A stretch of 64,000 nucleotides of DNA. Origin: Octopus sinensis. Its lineage: Eukaryota. The stretch is from assembly GCF_006345805.1 (NCBI RefSeq), contig NC_043012.1:3162001-3226000 (forward strand). Direction: 5' to 3'. This document shows positions 1 to 32,400 of the stretch, piece after piece; the first letter of the stretch is position 1, and the number at the start of each line of letters is the position of its first letter. The position numbers and the translations under genes were made by a program. The notes beneath the pieces were generated by a model that was not told the origin of the DNA, ran no database searches, and saw only the letters and a program-made list of their open reading frames with translations.

Positions 1-489
1 TTGGTTATTTTTTGAATTACAGGATAGATACAAGAGGCTAGATCTGACAAGTTTAAAGATAAAACAGAATAATTTGGACAGGTATGGCCAGTTTAAATGC
101 TATAAGGTTAACAGCTCAGTCAAGAGGAAGAAAGGTAATGTCCATGACCAGTTTCTGAGACTGGTGGGAACAAATTATCCTTGAGTTGAAGACCTATCCC
201 AAAAGTTTGTAATAAAATAGAGGGGTTGATGTAATTGTCTGATACCCTCCTCCAAAGCTGATGGCCTTGTGCCAAAATTATTATTATCATTATAGCATGC
301 CAAGCAGGCAAAATGCTCTGTGGCATTTGGTCTGTCTGCACATTCTGAGTTCAAATTCCACCTTTCATCTTTTTGGGGTTGATAAATTAAGTACCAGCTG
401 AGTATTGACGTCAATATAATTGACTATCCCCCTCCCCTATATTCCAGGCCTTGTGCCTATAATAGAAAGGGTAATTATTATAATTATCA

Positions 490-521
<32 letters not shown>

Positions 522-617
522 TAGGAAGCCAAACCTCTCAGATGAGAATTAATTATTGTCAAATTAGGAATTAATGAGAATTAAATAATGACAGAGAAGT
601 AAGTATATTACACTTAC

Positions 618-18827
<18,210 letters not shown>

Positions 18828-19087
18828 TCTGAGTTGTTAGAGATTAACAGAACAAGTGGAAATATAAGCTTCTAGAATAGTTAACCCTGTTTGTTATCCA
18901 ATTGACTACTGCGTTAAAATTATTTAAATTAACAGAAATCTTTTCCTTCGTTGATGTCCTTCCAGATATAACAAATAAACGTCATGTTGCATTTAGTTTT
19001 GCTTTGCTTGAAGCAGCAGCTTCTGGATTTATAAAGAAATAAGTTATCTCTCGGAATAGCAGTTTTAAGAAGTGCGGGTGAATGAGA

Positions 19088-19300
19088 GCTGAGTGAGAGA
19101 GGAAAGAAATAATGTGTGTGAGAGAGGGGAGAGAGAGAGAGGAAAGAAATAATGTGTGTGAGAGAGGGGAGAGAGAGAGAGAGAGAAATAATGTGTGTGA
19201 GAGAGGGGAGAGAGAGAGAGGAAAGAAATAATGTGTGTGAGAGAGGGGAGAGAGAGAGAGAGAGAAATAATGTGTGTGAGAGAGGGGAGAGAGAGAATGG
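19088..19300. repeat. Compound ~42-bp repeat, about 5 units
   Basis: (GAGAGAGGAAAGAAATAATGTGTGTGAGAGAGGGGA(GA)n) repeated. Confidence 0.85.
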
Positions 19301-22300
19301 AGGCGGGGCGAGAGATAGAGTGAAATTGTAATTAAGAAAAATAGTCTTTTGCTAATGTGAATCTTCAGAGAAAAATAAAGACCCGTAGAGTATTTCAGAA
19401 TCGCAAATTGGTTTGTTTTTGAAAGATCAACCCACCAGGGAGACTAAATAGTGACATTTGCCGCGCTGTTTGAGGCAGCTTGAGCAACGCAGGATATAGG
19501 AAAAGCAGTTTTTAAAAGCGAATTGATATTTTTGTATGAAATAGCAATAATTAAGTAACTTTTAAAAACAGAATAAATCCGTTTTTTTTTTTCTTTTTCC
19601 TTTTCGATTCTCGATGCACTTGAAAATTACAAAGCAATCCTCTCATCAGATGTTCCGATTGATTGGTCAAAATTAGTTCAAAGTAGATACAATCGATAAT
19701 GCTACCTGACTGCAGTAGCTTAATGAAAATTTCGTAACTTTTGAAGCTCGTTATTCAAACACTTGACCCTTTAAGGTAATAAACATTGTATTAAATACAC
19801 CTGAAACGAGGTTATTCTATTGAGAGCAAGATCAAATAAAAATTATTTTTAGATATCTTTCCTATGTCCGCAGCATGCTTATTTAAAAAAAAAATTTCAG
19901 TTGTGTTCTCTGTTTTGTCCAATTTTCTAATTTAATTTTGTAAAACGGTAAACTTATGTTGAATGTCTCTAAATACATATGAAAAGTATACAGAAAAGCA
20001 ATTTTTTTTAAACATTGTCTTTATTAAAAAAAAAACACGTTTATCTTTTGGTATTATTTTCATAATTCTTGATTTTAAAAAAACGTTGATGATTTTATTA
20101 TCAAAATCACCCATTTTCAATGCTGATTCTTTTAGTAGTTCAGCCATTGGGCCCTGGCCATGCTGGAGCACCACCTTCAAAATTTTTGTCAATATCGACT
20201 CAATGTGGGGCTTAATTTATCAATGGCTGGTTTTGCCCAAGTTATCTCCCTTCTACAGACCTTAATAATGGTTCCAAATTTTTGCATGAAGTCAGCAATT
20301 TTAAGGGAGTCGGTATATCGATTACATCAACTTGTACTTATTTACCAACCTCGAAAAGATGAAAGACTATGCCAATCTCAGCAGAATTGGAACCCAGAAA
20401 GTAAAAAGCCAGAAGAAATATAGACCTTAATACTACAAGGCATTTACATACACAAAGGCATGCTTGCATACATGCTTGCATACATACATACATACATACA
20501 TACAGGCATGCATACATACATACACAAACCCTCTTAAAATTTAAAGGATAACTGTTAAAACGAAATGCTTTTCTTTACAACACAAAGTATGTGGTTAGTC
20601 AAAATTTACTTTAAATTAAAAAGGGAAAGAGAAGATATACATACATGCGTATATAAATACATACATAAGGAAAGAGAAACTGTGTACAGTTGTGGAAATT
20701 AGCAGCTCAGAGGATGTTAACATAAAGCTAAAGATCAACAAAAACGAAAATACCCAGTGGCAGATGCAGGGGCATTGCTCTAGTTACGCGGGCAACACCC
20801 GTTCTAGCTGAACTGACACCAAAAGAACCGAGACCAAGGTTTATTACCTGCCGTTTCATATGCATATGGTCTGCTACAACTAAGGTAGAATACATAAAAA
20901 TGGGTCCATTTGTTACGAATTACGATTCCCACCTCTTATAGTTTTTTTTAGTTTTTTTTTGAAATTTTTGGGCAACACCCAAAAAGAAATCCTGGATCTC
21001 CTCCCCCTGATACCTACACTGAACTATTGAGGAATCTACAGCTACACTATCCAGATTACAAGTTCTGGTTAATACTGGTAATTATTGGGGCACTAGGATA
21101 TGTGACACAATGCCTGAATACCAATCTTCAGAAATCAGGTTTCTCAAAACTAGAAAGGAGAAAGCCGATTTGAAGACTACAGATCCAATCCATCACTGAA
21201 ACTGTAAAAATTTGAAAAACTTTCCAGAAGTTTATCATTTAAATATATGTGAGCATGTCTAGAAACGCAACGCATTTGTAGACATGCTTATATATGCATG
21301 GGAATACACACATAAAACATACAAATCTGCACATACATACATAATACAAACAAAAATACTCTGTTGATGTTGAGATTCCAATGAAGGAGCCTTGGATCTA
21401 TTGGCAAGAAATCTTGAAATAAACTGAATAATGCCATACATACATATGTGTATGTGTGTGTGTATCGTGTGCTTTCCATTTACTAAAATTCATTCAAAAG
21501 AGACAAGTCAACTGAAGTTATAGTGTGACACTTGCCCAGTGTTCCACCCAACGGGGTCAAACTTGGAATCAAGTAGTCGCAAGGCGAACTTCTCAATCAT
21601 GAGATCCCTTATCAAGGTGCTATGCTGGGCTTGATCTTCAACCATTAAATTATACAAAATGATTAGTCACTCATAAACAAGATAGGGTAAATTTGCCTCT
21701 CAAATTCTCCTGAATTACATTTGAGAAACAAAAATTTTAAATATCTGGGTCAAATTGAAAGATGATCATGAAAAGACAGCACATGATATGAAATTAACAA
21801 AAGTCAACTAAATCAAAAAACTCATCATAAAATATTCTCTATAGCTTCTTCATTGATCTGCTTGAGTGTTTCTCTTCATGACATATTTACACACATTCAG
21901 TTAAAGAGAAGAAGTTATTGCAATTAGTTATTACTCATTTTGCCCCAGTTTAGACAACGTTTTTTGGAAAATTGAACGTTATCAAATTAGACATTAGGGG
22001 GGGGGTGACTTGGAATCCAACAGAGAAAAGAATATTGATTGTTAGTGACCAAAAATTATCCAAATATTTTAGTAACCTCTATTACAATTGGGTTAAAATT
22101 TAAGAAAAATTTCTTGAAAAAAGAGGACCTGCCACATATGTTTCAGATTCTCTCAACTTCAACAACAACTATACTGACCGATTTTTCTCTTAAATATAAT
22201 GTAGCAACACAAAATGGTGATGCAATACTTGTAATATAATGATTTCAAATCAATAAGGAAAGAATAACCAAAGATCAGAAATTACTCATTTTACCCCACT

Positions 22301-22753
22301 TACTAATATATATAATTACACACATACAAGATGAGCTTCTTTCAGTTTCTGTCTATCAAATCCATTCACAAGGCTTTGGAAGATACTTGCCCAAGGTTCC
22401 ACACGATGAGGCTGAACCCAGTTACACCTACATCTGTGAATGTGCGCGTACACGCACACATACATACACACGCACGCAACTACACAATAAACTATAAGGA
22501 GCCACCGAGTTTGACCTGCTAGAAATAACAGCTCTTAAATCCCCCTCGTATCCTGTCCTACTGCCTTAAATAAAGAACACGTTAGATAGTTAAATAACAC
22601 TCGTCAGATGGTCACGGTCAGAATTCCTTTGATCATATGTCTGTTTGACCTGGGATTAAACGATGGGAAAGCAACAAAGTGAAAATCCATCAGCATCGAT
22701 GTGACTAAGGAACAATAACTCTGTACGGCAAAATATTATACGAACACTTTGCG

Positions 22754-22767
22754 GTTACCAAAGCAAC
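22754..22767 (+). promoter_or_regulatory. RFX X-box motif upstream of DNAAF4
   Basis: GTTACCAAAGCAAC matches the X-box consensus GTNRCC(N0-3)RGYAAC and ends 27 bp before the ATG of a ciliary gene. Confidence 0.75.
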
Positions 22768-22793
22768 AGAAATAAACTATATTAGTCGGAAAC

Positions 22794-22916
22794 ATGCCGG
22801 TATTAGTAAAAGATTATGAATGGGAAGAAACCGAAACCAATGTACTCATCAAAGTTGCTCTAAAAGGAATACACAGCAGTAAAGCTGATGTATTAACGTC
22901 TAGTGAATATCTAAAG
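22794..22916 (+). CDS. DNAAF4: DNAAF4 coding exon 1
   Basis: ATG 22794; 41 codons; donor AAG|GTGAAA. Confidence 0.95.
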
Positions 22917-25900
22917 GTGAAATTATACTTCTTTTCTACGCTGTTTAGAAAACAGTTGGGTGTGTATATAAACTTTGGTGTGCATTGATACAATGTTAAC
23001 AAAAGACTAAAAAAAGAAAAAGCCCATCCAAATTCTGTCGGAACACATTATACACAGGAATGTTGTCAAATCGATACTAACTCTTTGGCATACCTATACA
23101 ATTGTACCGCACCCTCCGATTTCTTTCCTCATAACTTTCATTTTGTAGGTATATATGTATGTATGTCTGCACACCCACCAACTTTTTTTTCTTTACATTA
23201 AATTCTGATATAATCGTAATCCATACCATCTGAAAGATATTTACAGAATATTTCATTTAAAAGTAACCATTTTGAGGAAACAGTATCGACTCGTGTGATG
23301 TCCTAGCTTGGTCATGATAAAAAAAAAAAAAAACCACCCTTTTCACGCCTAGACAGGCTCATGGGCTCGGTTTCTGTGGCATATGTGATCCCCACAGCTG
23401 AACGGGACGCCAGTCCATCGCAGTGTTACACATGAAACAGGAAAAGAGAGAGAAAGTTGTGGCGAAAGAATACAACATGGGTCGCCACCACCAACTGCCA
23501 GGGCCTCGTGGTGCTTTTAGGTGTTTTCGCTCAATAAACACACACAACGCCCAGTCTGAGAATCGAAACCGTGATCCTCTGACTGCGAGTTTGCTGCCCT
23601 AACCACTGGACCATTGTGCCTCCGCTAGTTTGGTCACAACTCAGTTATTTTGCCTTTGTAAAATAATGATTGAATTTCATTTTAATATTTTCCTCTTACT
23701 CTACAGGTGAACTACCGACCTTTTCTCTTTGAATGTTTTCTTCATGAAAAAGTCGACACTGCTGCAAGTTCTGTACAGCTAAAAAATGGAGAAGTGGTCT
23801 TTTTACTGTTAAAGCTAACACCTGGTCTGTGGACTAAATTGCAGTCTGATATAGTGGGTAATAAATCTTTGTATTATTTTCAAATATAATTTGTTAATCT
23901 ATTAAATAAATTATTTTACAGTTGTTTCTGATTTCTTTTATAATTCACATGAGACAAGTAATGTACCAGCCCCATATTTGATCCTTAGAAGAAGAGAGGT
24001 TGGCAAAAAAGCCAAACTCAAATTCTTCAATTTGGTTTCCACCTATGACCATCACTGTTGGGTAATGAGCAAAAGAGTAAACTAACACTCCATCAGTTAT
24101 GATGATGAGTGTTCCAGGTGATCCGATCAACGAAACAGCCTGCTTGTGAAATTAACGTGCAAGTGGCTGAGTACTCCACAAACACATGTACCCTTAATGC
24201 AGTTCTCAGGGAGATTCAGCACAACACAGAATGCAACAAGGCTAACCCATTGAAATACAGGTACTACTTATTTTTGGCAGCTGAGCAAACTGGAATAACA
24301 TAAAAAAAAGTGTTTTGCTCAAGGACATGAAGTGCCACCGAGAATTGAACTCACAACTTTATGATTGTGAGCTGAATATTCCTAACTTCTAAGCCTTCAC
24401 ATAAGTATAAAAGTATGCTTGTGAATACAAGTGGCCAAAATGGGGTTCCACTTAACGATCTCTGGAGTAATGTTACTTGACAGATCATACAGTTCAGAGA
24501 TCAAGGAGTCTCTCCATTTGCAAGGCTTTGCTTGATCTGAGGTTATAGGATAAGATTCTTGCCCAGATACCTTCCAGGTAGATTGAACCTCAAATCACAT
24601 AGTTGAAAGTGAAAGTGTTGGCCAACATAAAGTAAAAATTTCTTTTGGGTGTACCCCTCTGTCAGAGAAGATAAATGATTTATCTTCATACTAGCACTAT
24701 TACCCAGCAACGCCGGATCATAGTGCTAGTGCGTGCATATACATCTGCGTGCGCACATACACGCGAGTACTGTCCAAATCTCCGCCCAATCACATACAGC
24801 TAGCTAGCATTCAATTGGCGTTTGAAGTTTTGGGCATTTTGGTTGGGTTTTGGATAGAAAATTAACAAAAAAGCCACTTCTATTGATTTTTTTAATGGCT
24901 TTGCGGGGTGACTGGGGAAATGTAAAGATGTGCACGACCACCCTTGGACGGTTTTGAATGACCATAGAAAGTGCAAGCCCTCTAACTGAAAAATTGTGGA
25001 TTCGTATAAAGGACACACACGCAGACATTTTGCCGTTTATATATATAGATAGGTTAATAGTTTTTATTTTAACCCATATTAACACACTGTCCTCGTTTGA
25101 GGACAATTGTATTTAGTTCATTTAATGCAATAACGGTTAACTGGATGCAAAATAGTGCCTGTTGTATTTATTTAACTATTGTATCTGGTTTATTTACTGC
25201 AATAAAAGTTAACTGGACATTTCCGTATGTTTGTTATCCCTTTTTATATTATTATCTTCAAAATTTTGACAGGGTTAACATGGGTCAAAATGGGTTAAGG
25301 TGGCAGCTTAGCAGAGTCATTAGTATGCCAGACCAAATGCTTAGCAGCATTTCATCTCTCTTTGTATTCAAGGTTCAAATTCCACCAAGGTAGACTTTGC
25401 CTTTCATCCTTTCGGGGTCAATATAATAAGTGCCGGTTGAGCACAGAGGCCAAAGTAATCAAATTACCTTCTCCCCCAAAATTACTGGCCTTGTGCCAGA
25501 ATTTGAATCCACTATTAAGGTGGTGTGCTTGCAGAATTGTTTGCATGCTGGACAAAATACTTTGCAGCATTTTGTCTGTTTATACATTCTGAGTTCAAAT
25601 TCCACCAAGATTGACTTTGCCTTTCACCCTTTCAGTACCATTAGGGCATTCCTTTTACTCTTTCACTTGTTTCAGTCATTTAAATGTGACCATGCTGGAG
25701 CACTGCCTTTAGTCGAGCAAATTGATCCCAGGTATTATTCTTTGTAAGCCTTGTACTTATTCTATCGGTCTCTTTTGCCGAACCACTAAGTTACGGGGAC
25801 GTAAACACACCAGCATCAGTTGTCAAGCGATGTTGGTGGCGGGGACAAACACAGACACACAAACATATATACACACACATATATATGACGGGCTTCTTTC

Positions 25901-26430
25901 AGTTTCCACCTACCAAATCCACTCACAAGGCTTTGGTCAGCCCGAGGCTATAGTAGAAGACACTTGCCCAAGGTGCCACGCAGTGGGACTGAGCCCAGAA
26001 CCATGTGGTTGGTAAGCAAGCTACTTACCACACAGCCACTCCTGCGCCTTTGAAAATCAATTGAAACAAAGGCAGAGCATTTCAATATAAATATTGTAAC
26101 AATTTGCAAAATTGATGTGGCTGTGTCAATAAGTCTAAGTCAATGCCAATATGAAACGACTGTTATGATAGATGTAACATGTTAATGATGAAAAAAATGG
26201 TAGCAATGTCAGTACTGTATTTATGCTTTGGGCATTTTCTTGTGATGTGTTTCAGGTGACAAGGCTGCGATGAAACTCGTGCGGGACAAAGCAATAGAGG
26301 AATCACAGAAAGAAGCAGAAGAGGCAAAAAGTAAACGAGCCGAGACAAAAAGACTAAATGAGAAATATTCTTTGAAAAAGATGATGAAAGTTAGTAGTAA
26401 GTTTTTGAGAAATTCAAATTTTAAACAATG

Positions 26431-26462
<32 letters not shown>

Positions 26463-29400
26463 TTTTGGCATGTAAAAAGCACCATCCGACTGTGGCCATT
26501 TGCCAGCCCCATCTGGCACATAAAAAGCAACCACTACACTCACGGAGTGGTTGGCGTTAGGAAGGGCATCCAGCCCTAGAAACACTGCCAGATCAGACTG
26601 GGCCTGGTGCAGCCTTCTGGCTTCCCAGACCCCAATTGAACTGTTCAACCCATGCTAGCATGGAAAGCGGACACTAAATGATGATGATGATGCTGATGAT
26701 GATGATGATATATATATATATGTATGTATGTATTTATATATATATATGTGTGTGTGTATGTATGTATGTATGGATGGATTTTTCTTGGGCAATATGCTGT
26801 GCTTGAGAAGACCCGGTGTGTCAATTGAAATCGTTGTAGTGACTGATGCCAGTGCTGCCTGACTGGCTCCTGCACCAGTGGCATGTAAAAAGCACCATTT
26901 GAGTGTGGTCATTGCCAGTGTCGCTTGAGTCCCCCCCATGCCAGTGGCACATTTAAAAGCACCCACTACACTCTTGGAGTGGTTGGTGTTAGGATGGGCA
27001 TCCAGCTGTAAAAACCTTTGCCAGAACCGATTGGAGCATGATGCAGCCTCTTGGCTTGCTAGTCCTCAGTCAACCCATGCCAGTATGGAAAACGAACATC
27101 AAACAATGATGATGATGATAATGATATATATATATATATCACATGCCTAAATGAGATGTTTTGAAAAAATGATAAAGTAGATCTCTGGAAATGGTAAGCT
27201 AATAATGGTGCCACATATAACCACATGCCTAAATGAGATTTGTCGCTTCTGATATATATAAGTAACAGCAAATAATATATTCATTGATATTGTGAATAGT
27301 CATCGGGTTAAATAAAAAATCTGGCTTATACAACCAAAGCAGTAATAAATTAAAAAGCAATCTATATATCATACTTAATGTATATACAACAATGTGTGTA
27401 CATTAAATCTGCTGCCTTGGTGGTAAGATATGTATGTGTGTATGTAAGTGATGCTGATTTCATCAACACGAGTAAAGGTGTTGAATGATAATGGAGAGGA
27501 TGAAAGATGTTGTTTTTGATGGTGGTAAGTAGCTTGCTTACGAACCACATGGTTCCGGGTTCAGTCCTGCTGCGTGGCACCTTAGGCAAGTGTCTTCTAC
27601 TTATAGCCTCAGGACCACCAAAGACTTGTGAGTGGATTTGGTAGATGGAAACTGAAAGAAGCCCGTCGTATATATGTATATATATATATGTATATGTTTG
27701 TGTATCTGTGTTTATCCCCACACCATTGCTTGACAATTGATGCTGGTGTGTTAGCAATTCAGCAAAAGGCACCAATAGAATAAGTACTAGGCTTACAAAG
27801 AATAAGTCCTGGGGTTGATTTGCTCGACTAAAGGCGGTGCTCCAGCATGGCCACAGTCAAATGACTGAAATAAGTAAAAGAACATACTTCTACAATACAT
27901 TAAATATTTTAACAATTTTTCATGCAATTCCTAAAAATGTTTAATTATAAAAATATCAGGATTTTTTTAAACATTGAATGGCTATGAGGGTCGAGCAGAG
28001 GAAAATGGGAATCAAAGGGATCCTTTCCTCATCCTTATCCAGGGTGTCATCACTCCTGAAAGAGGAACTCCTCCTTGGATTCTTTCCATTGCTGCTCATC
28101 TCTGGCCAGTCATGGCCAAGTGGGCCCCAGCCAGAGGATGAAGTCTTGTCCATTGTTTTGGTGTCCACTCCATCACCCTGACTGTCCATTTGTTGTCCTT
28201 TAGTCATAGCAAGTGGCCAGCCAAAAGGTGAAAAATGGTTGAGAACCATTGTTATAGAGGTCCTATCATTGACTTGGAAATAATGAAGTTGATGGGAATG
28301 ATGGCGGCAGTGAATGAATGATACTGATTCAATTGTGTGACAATGGCTATTTTTTTTGTTATGGCTTCGATAATGGGGGTGGTCATGATGGCATGCAGTG
28401 GTGCTGGTGGTGGTGGTGGTAGTGGTATTTTTGCTTTTTTTGGTTGCTATAGTAAACTCAGCTTTCATTCAGGATTTATGGTATGAAAGCATCTGATTGA
28501 CTATAGTCCTTTTCTTAGTAATTACTAGCAGTATCGCCCGGCGTTGCTCGGGTTTGTAAGGGAAATAACTATATAAGCATTTTTAGAGAGTTACTTCCCT
28601 TATAGATGCCAATTCGGGCTTTCTTAGCCATTTCTGTTTTGGTGTCTTCAAGCCATGAAGTCGTTCTAAAAGAACGCTGGTCTCCTTGACAACGCTTTAC
28701 GACGTTGATTTCCTTACACTCCCTTCCCCACAGCTTCACGAGGGAGGGAAGAAGGGGGAGAAGCAAACAGGTGCAGGTGTAACCATGGACGCCAACTCCG
28801 CCGCCATCGACACACGAAAAATTATGCATTAAAATGGAATAAAAAATGATGTTAAATTATTTTTTAAATCGTAGACTCATCGTAGACGCGCGCTAATAGC
28901 CAGACGGGCTCGATATGAATCACGACTATAAGATACCCGAATTTGGTTAAACTGCACCGCAAAATGTGGGAGGAGTTAGGAATCTAAATCGAAGGGGACA
29001 GACACTCACACAACTACAGTTTTATATATATAGATATCTCTTACCAGCTCTACTTTAGCATGTCAAGGATTTCTAAAGAGCTGTTGTTATTATCGTAATT
29101 GGCAGCGGCGGCGGCAATTACAATAGTGGCAGAGGCAGTGGAAACAGCAGCAATAGCAACAGTAGCAGCAATGATGTTGCAACAGTAAACTCAGCTTGAA
29201 CAGGTTTATCTCATTAAAGCAGATCATTGACCACAGGATTTATATATTTTAGGCGGTAAGCTGGCAGAATCTTTAGTACGTTGGGCGAAATGGTTACTGA
29301 CATTTCGTTTGTCTTCACATTCTGAATCCAAACTCCACCGAGGTCAGCGACAGGATTTATATTTCTGGCCAGCTTACTCTTAGTGAATGCAGAATTTCTT

Positions 29401-32400
29401 GAATGTTGTCATAGTTGGGGGTCTTTTGATTAAACTATGATTAAAGCCACTTCAGCTGTGACCAAGCTATGCTGTTCTAAGCATCAGCCACGACCCTCTC
29501 GCATGTTGTCTGGATATTTGGAGCTAAATGGGGAAGGTCGAGGAGGAATTTTGTTTGAAGGACTATCAGGACTGAAATTTGGTTTGGGACTAGAATATGA
29601 TGGGGATGGGTGATAGATAGTGTTGATGATAATAATTGCAAATACTCTTTGCTGTTATAATTCAAGTATTCACAATAAGATTACAATGAATTGGTTCCAC
29701 CATAGTGTTGTGGATTCTCTATCAGATCTGCCTCGTTAGATTTCATCAGAGTTTCTAAGAAAGGCATGTCTCTTACACGGTCTCCTTTAACTCTTTAAGC
29801 ATTCAGATTTCTCTGTGAAACGTAATGCTTATTTATTCACATTGTTTTGAATTAATCATGGATTATCTCATAGCTTTGAGGTTTCAATGATGCGATTGTT
29901 TACGTTCAGAATGACATTGTATGGTAAGTGTGTGAGGCTGAATATGGTCAGTTTGAACAAAAACCAGGTAGACTATTTGGGCCAGATAGGGCCGGTTTAA
30001 ATGCTAATGGGTTAAACTCATGAGCATCCAGATTACTCTGTCAAATGAATTACTTATTATTCACATTATTTTGAAGTAATCATGTATCATCTCATCGCTT
30101 TGAGATTTTGATGATGTGACTGTTTGAACGTAAAACAGGTAGATTATTTAGGCCTATTTATATTTATCAGTGTATCATAACATATTAAATGAATATATCG
30201 TTTTTTTTTTATCATGCTATTCAGATTGAAGATGACATGAGAGAACGGATTCACAACATCAAAGAACACGAAAAACAGAAAGCAACTGAAGAAATCGAGG
30301 AATGGAAAGCCAATCAAAAATTATTAGCTGAACAGGTTCTTATTCTTTTATAAATGTTATCCCTAAGGCTGTGGCCATGCTGGAGCACCACCATTATTTT
30401 TGCCAGATGGTGAAATGAATATGTCTGATAGATTGACAAGTGGCACTCATTGCAAGTGGCACTCATTGCAAGTGGCACTCATTGCAAGTGGCACTCATTG
30501 CAAGTGGCACTCATTGCAAGTGGCACTCATTGCAAGTGGCACTCATTGCAAGTGGCACTCATTGCAAGTGGCACTCATTGCATGACTTTCAGACAAGTGG
30601 ACTTATTTGTCTCCATTTTCAACACTTGTATGGCATAAATAAATTTATCTATTATTAACTCTGACACAGTAAGTTTTGGGATTGTACTATATTTCTGACA
30701 AAACTTCTATGATGTAAGAGGACAGGTTTTTGGCCCTTCAGTATCAGAATAGGAATGTGTGTGTGCGTGTGTGTGTGTGTGTACCAGTGAGAGATGTCAG
30801 CTACCTGAGTTTCTCATAGTTAATTCATAAATATTGCATCAGATCCACAATCAGAATATTTAAGACTTCACTTTATATTATTCTCATCCTCTCCCGCCTC
30901 TCTCTCTCTCTCTCTGTTTCCCTCCCTCCTTAGTTGGTGTTGTTTTTATTCAGTAAAAATATTTATTTATAATTTATCTTTTTCTTTTCAGGAAAAGGCA
31001 AAATTAATCAAAGAAAAAAAAGCCTTGAATAAAAATACCAAAACTATTAGCAAAAAGAAATTACCCGAAAAAACAAAGAGTAATTTTCTTTTAATATTAT
31101 TTTCACAAATTTGCAAAAAAATATTTGACATAAGCTTGAACTTGAAGAGTTTAAAATGAAAATGAAGAGTCAAATTGTAATTTGGATTTATTTTTAAAAT
31201 ATTTAAGTTTGATATAGAATTTTATATTATGTTCATGGCCAGTATATATATCAGTTAGTTTTCCATTTTCACACTTCTGTGAGTTGGAACTGTGTCTCAA
31301 ATGTAGTCTGTGCTTAAATATAGAGTTGAAGGGTAAAAATTTAGAAATAAGAGATTGTAACTGAGAGAATGTATATAAATTCATATACTTTATTTAAAAG
31401 CAGCAGAGATATAACAAAAGCTGTTACTCAGAGTATCACGTTCCCGTTCGTCAGACAGTTTTGTTAAAATAGAACAGAAATAATGATATGATCAAAACTA
31501 GTTAAAGGATACACCTTTAAAAATGGATTTGTTTCATTGGTCCTTTCAGATAATGGTCTTAAGCATGCGATAAAGAAAATAAACAAAATAAATGAATTCA
31601 ATATAAATTCATCCTATTGTAAAAAATCGTAAATGTGAAACTCTGAGTAACAGCTCTACCTCTGATATTTGAGTACTCTTTTTTCCACATTGTTTCACAT
31701 TTATGTGCTTATTCTGGTATAAATTCATATATACATATATGCTTATATCCATCTATCCATCCAATATATCCATTTTCTTTTGCTGTCTCCCTCTGACTGG
31801 GTAACCATGTTTCTCCTCTAGCATGTATCCCTCTATCACACTCTTACCACTCATCACCTGGCACAAAGCCACCTTCTCCAATGATCTCACTTCAAAGGAT
31901 CTTTGTCTTGCAAGTTACTTGGTGACCCTGCCAGTGCTGGTGCCATGTAAAAAGTATCCAGTCCACACTGTAAATTGGTTGGCATTTTAGAAGGGCATCC
32001 AGCTGTAAAACATGCCAAAAATAGACCCCACCAGAACTGGTGCCATGTAAAAACAACTCAGTTCACTCTGTAAGGTGGTTGGTGTTAGGAAGATCATTCA
32101 GCTGTAAAAACCATGCCAAAATAAACAGTGAAATCTGGTGCAGTCTTCTGGCTTGCCAGATCATGTCAAACCATCCAAACCATGCCAGTATGAAAAATGG
32201 ACATTAAATGATGATTGTAGGGTAGGTGTAAGAGGCTGGATCTGGCCAGTTTGAACATAAAACAGGTAGAATATTTTTGCTGAATATGGCTATTTGGATG
32301 CTAAAGGATAAAAACTGATCAGCACAGTTTTTTTTTTTCCTCTTTGGATGGACTTTGCCTAGTCTTTGTCTTCCTGGACACACCTACAAGGCAGCCAGGC

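Noticed and set aside
30437-30580. CRISPR-like repeat array
   Set aside because: Repeats are contiguous with no unique spacers, there are no cas genes, and the context is a eukaryotic intron
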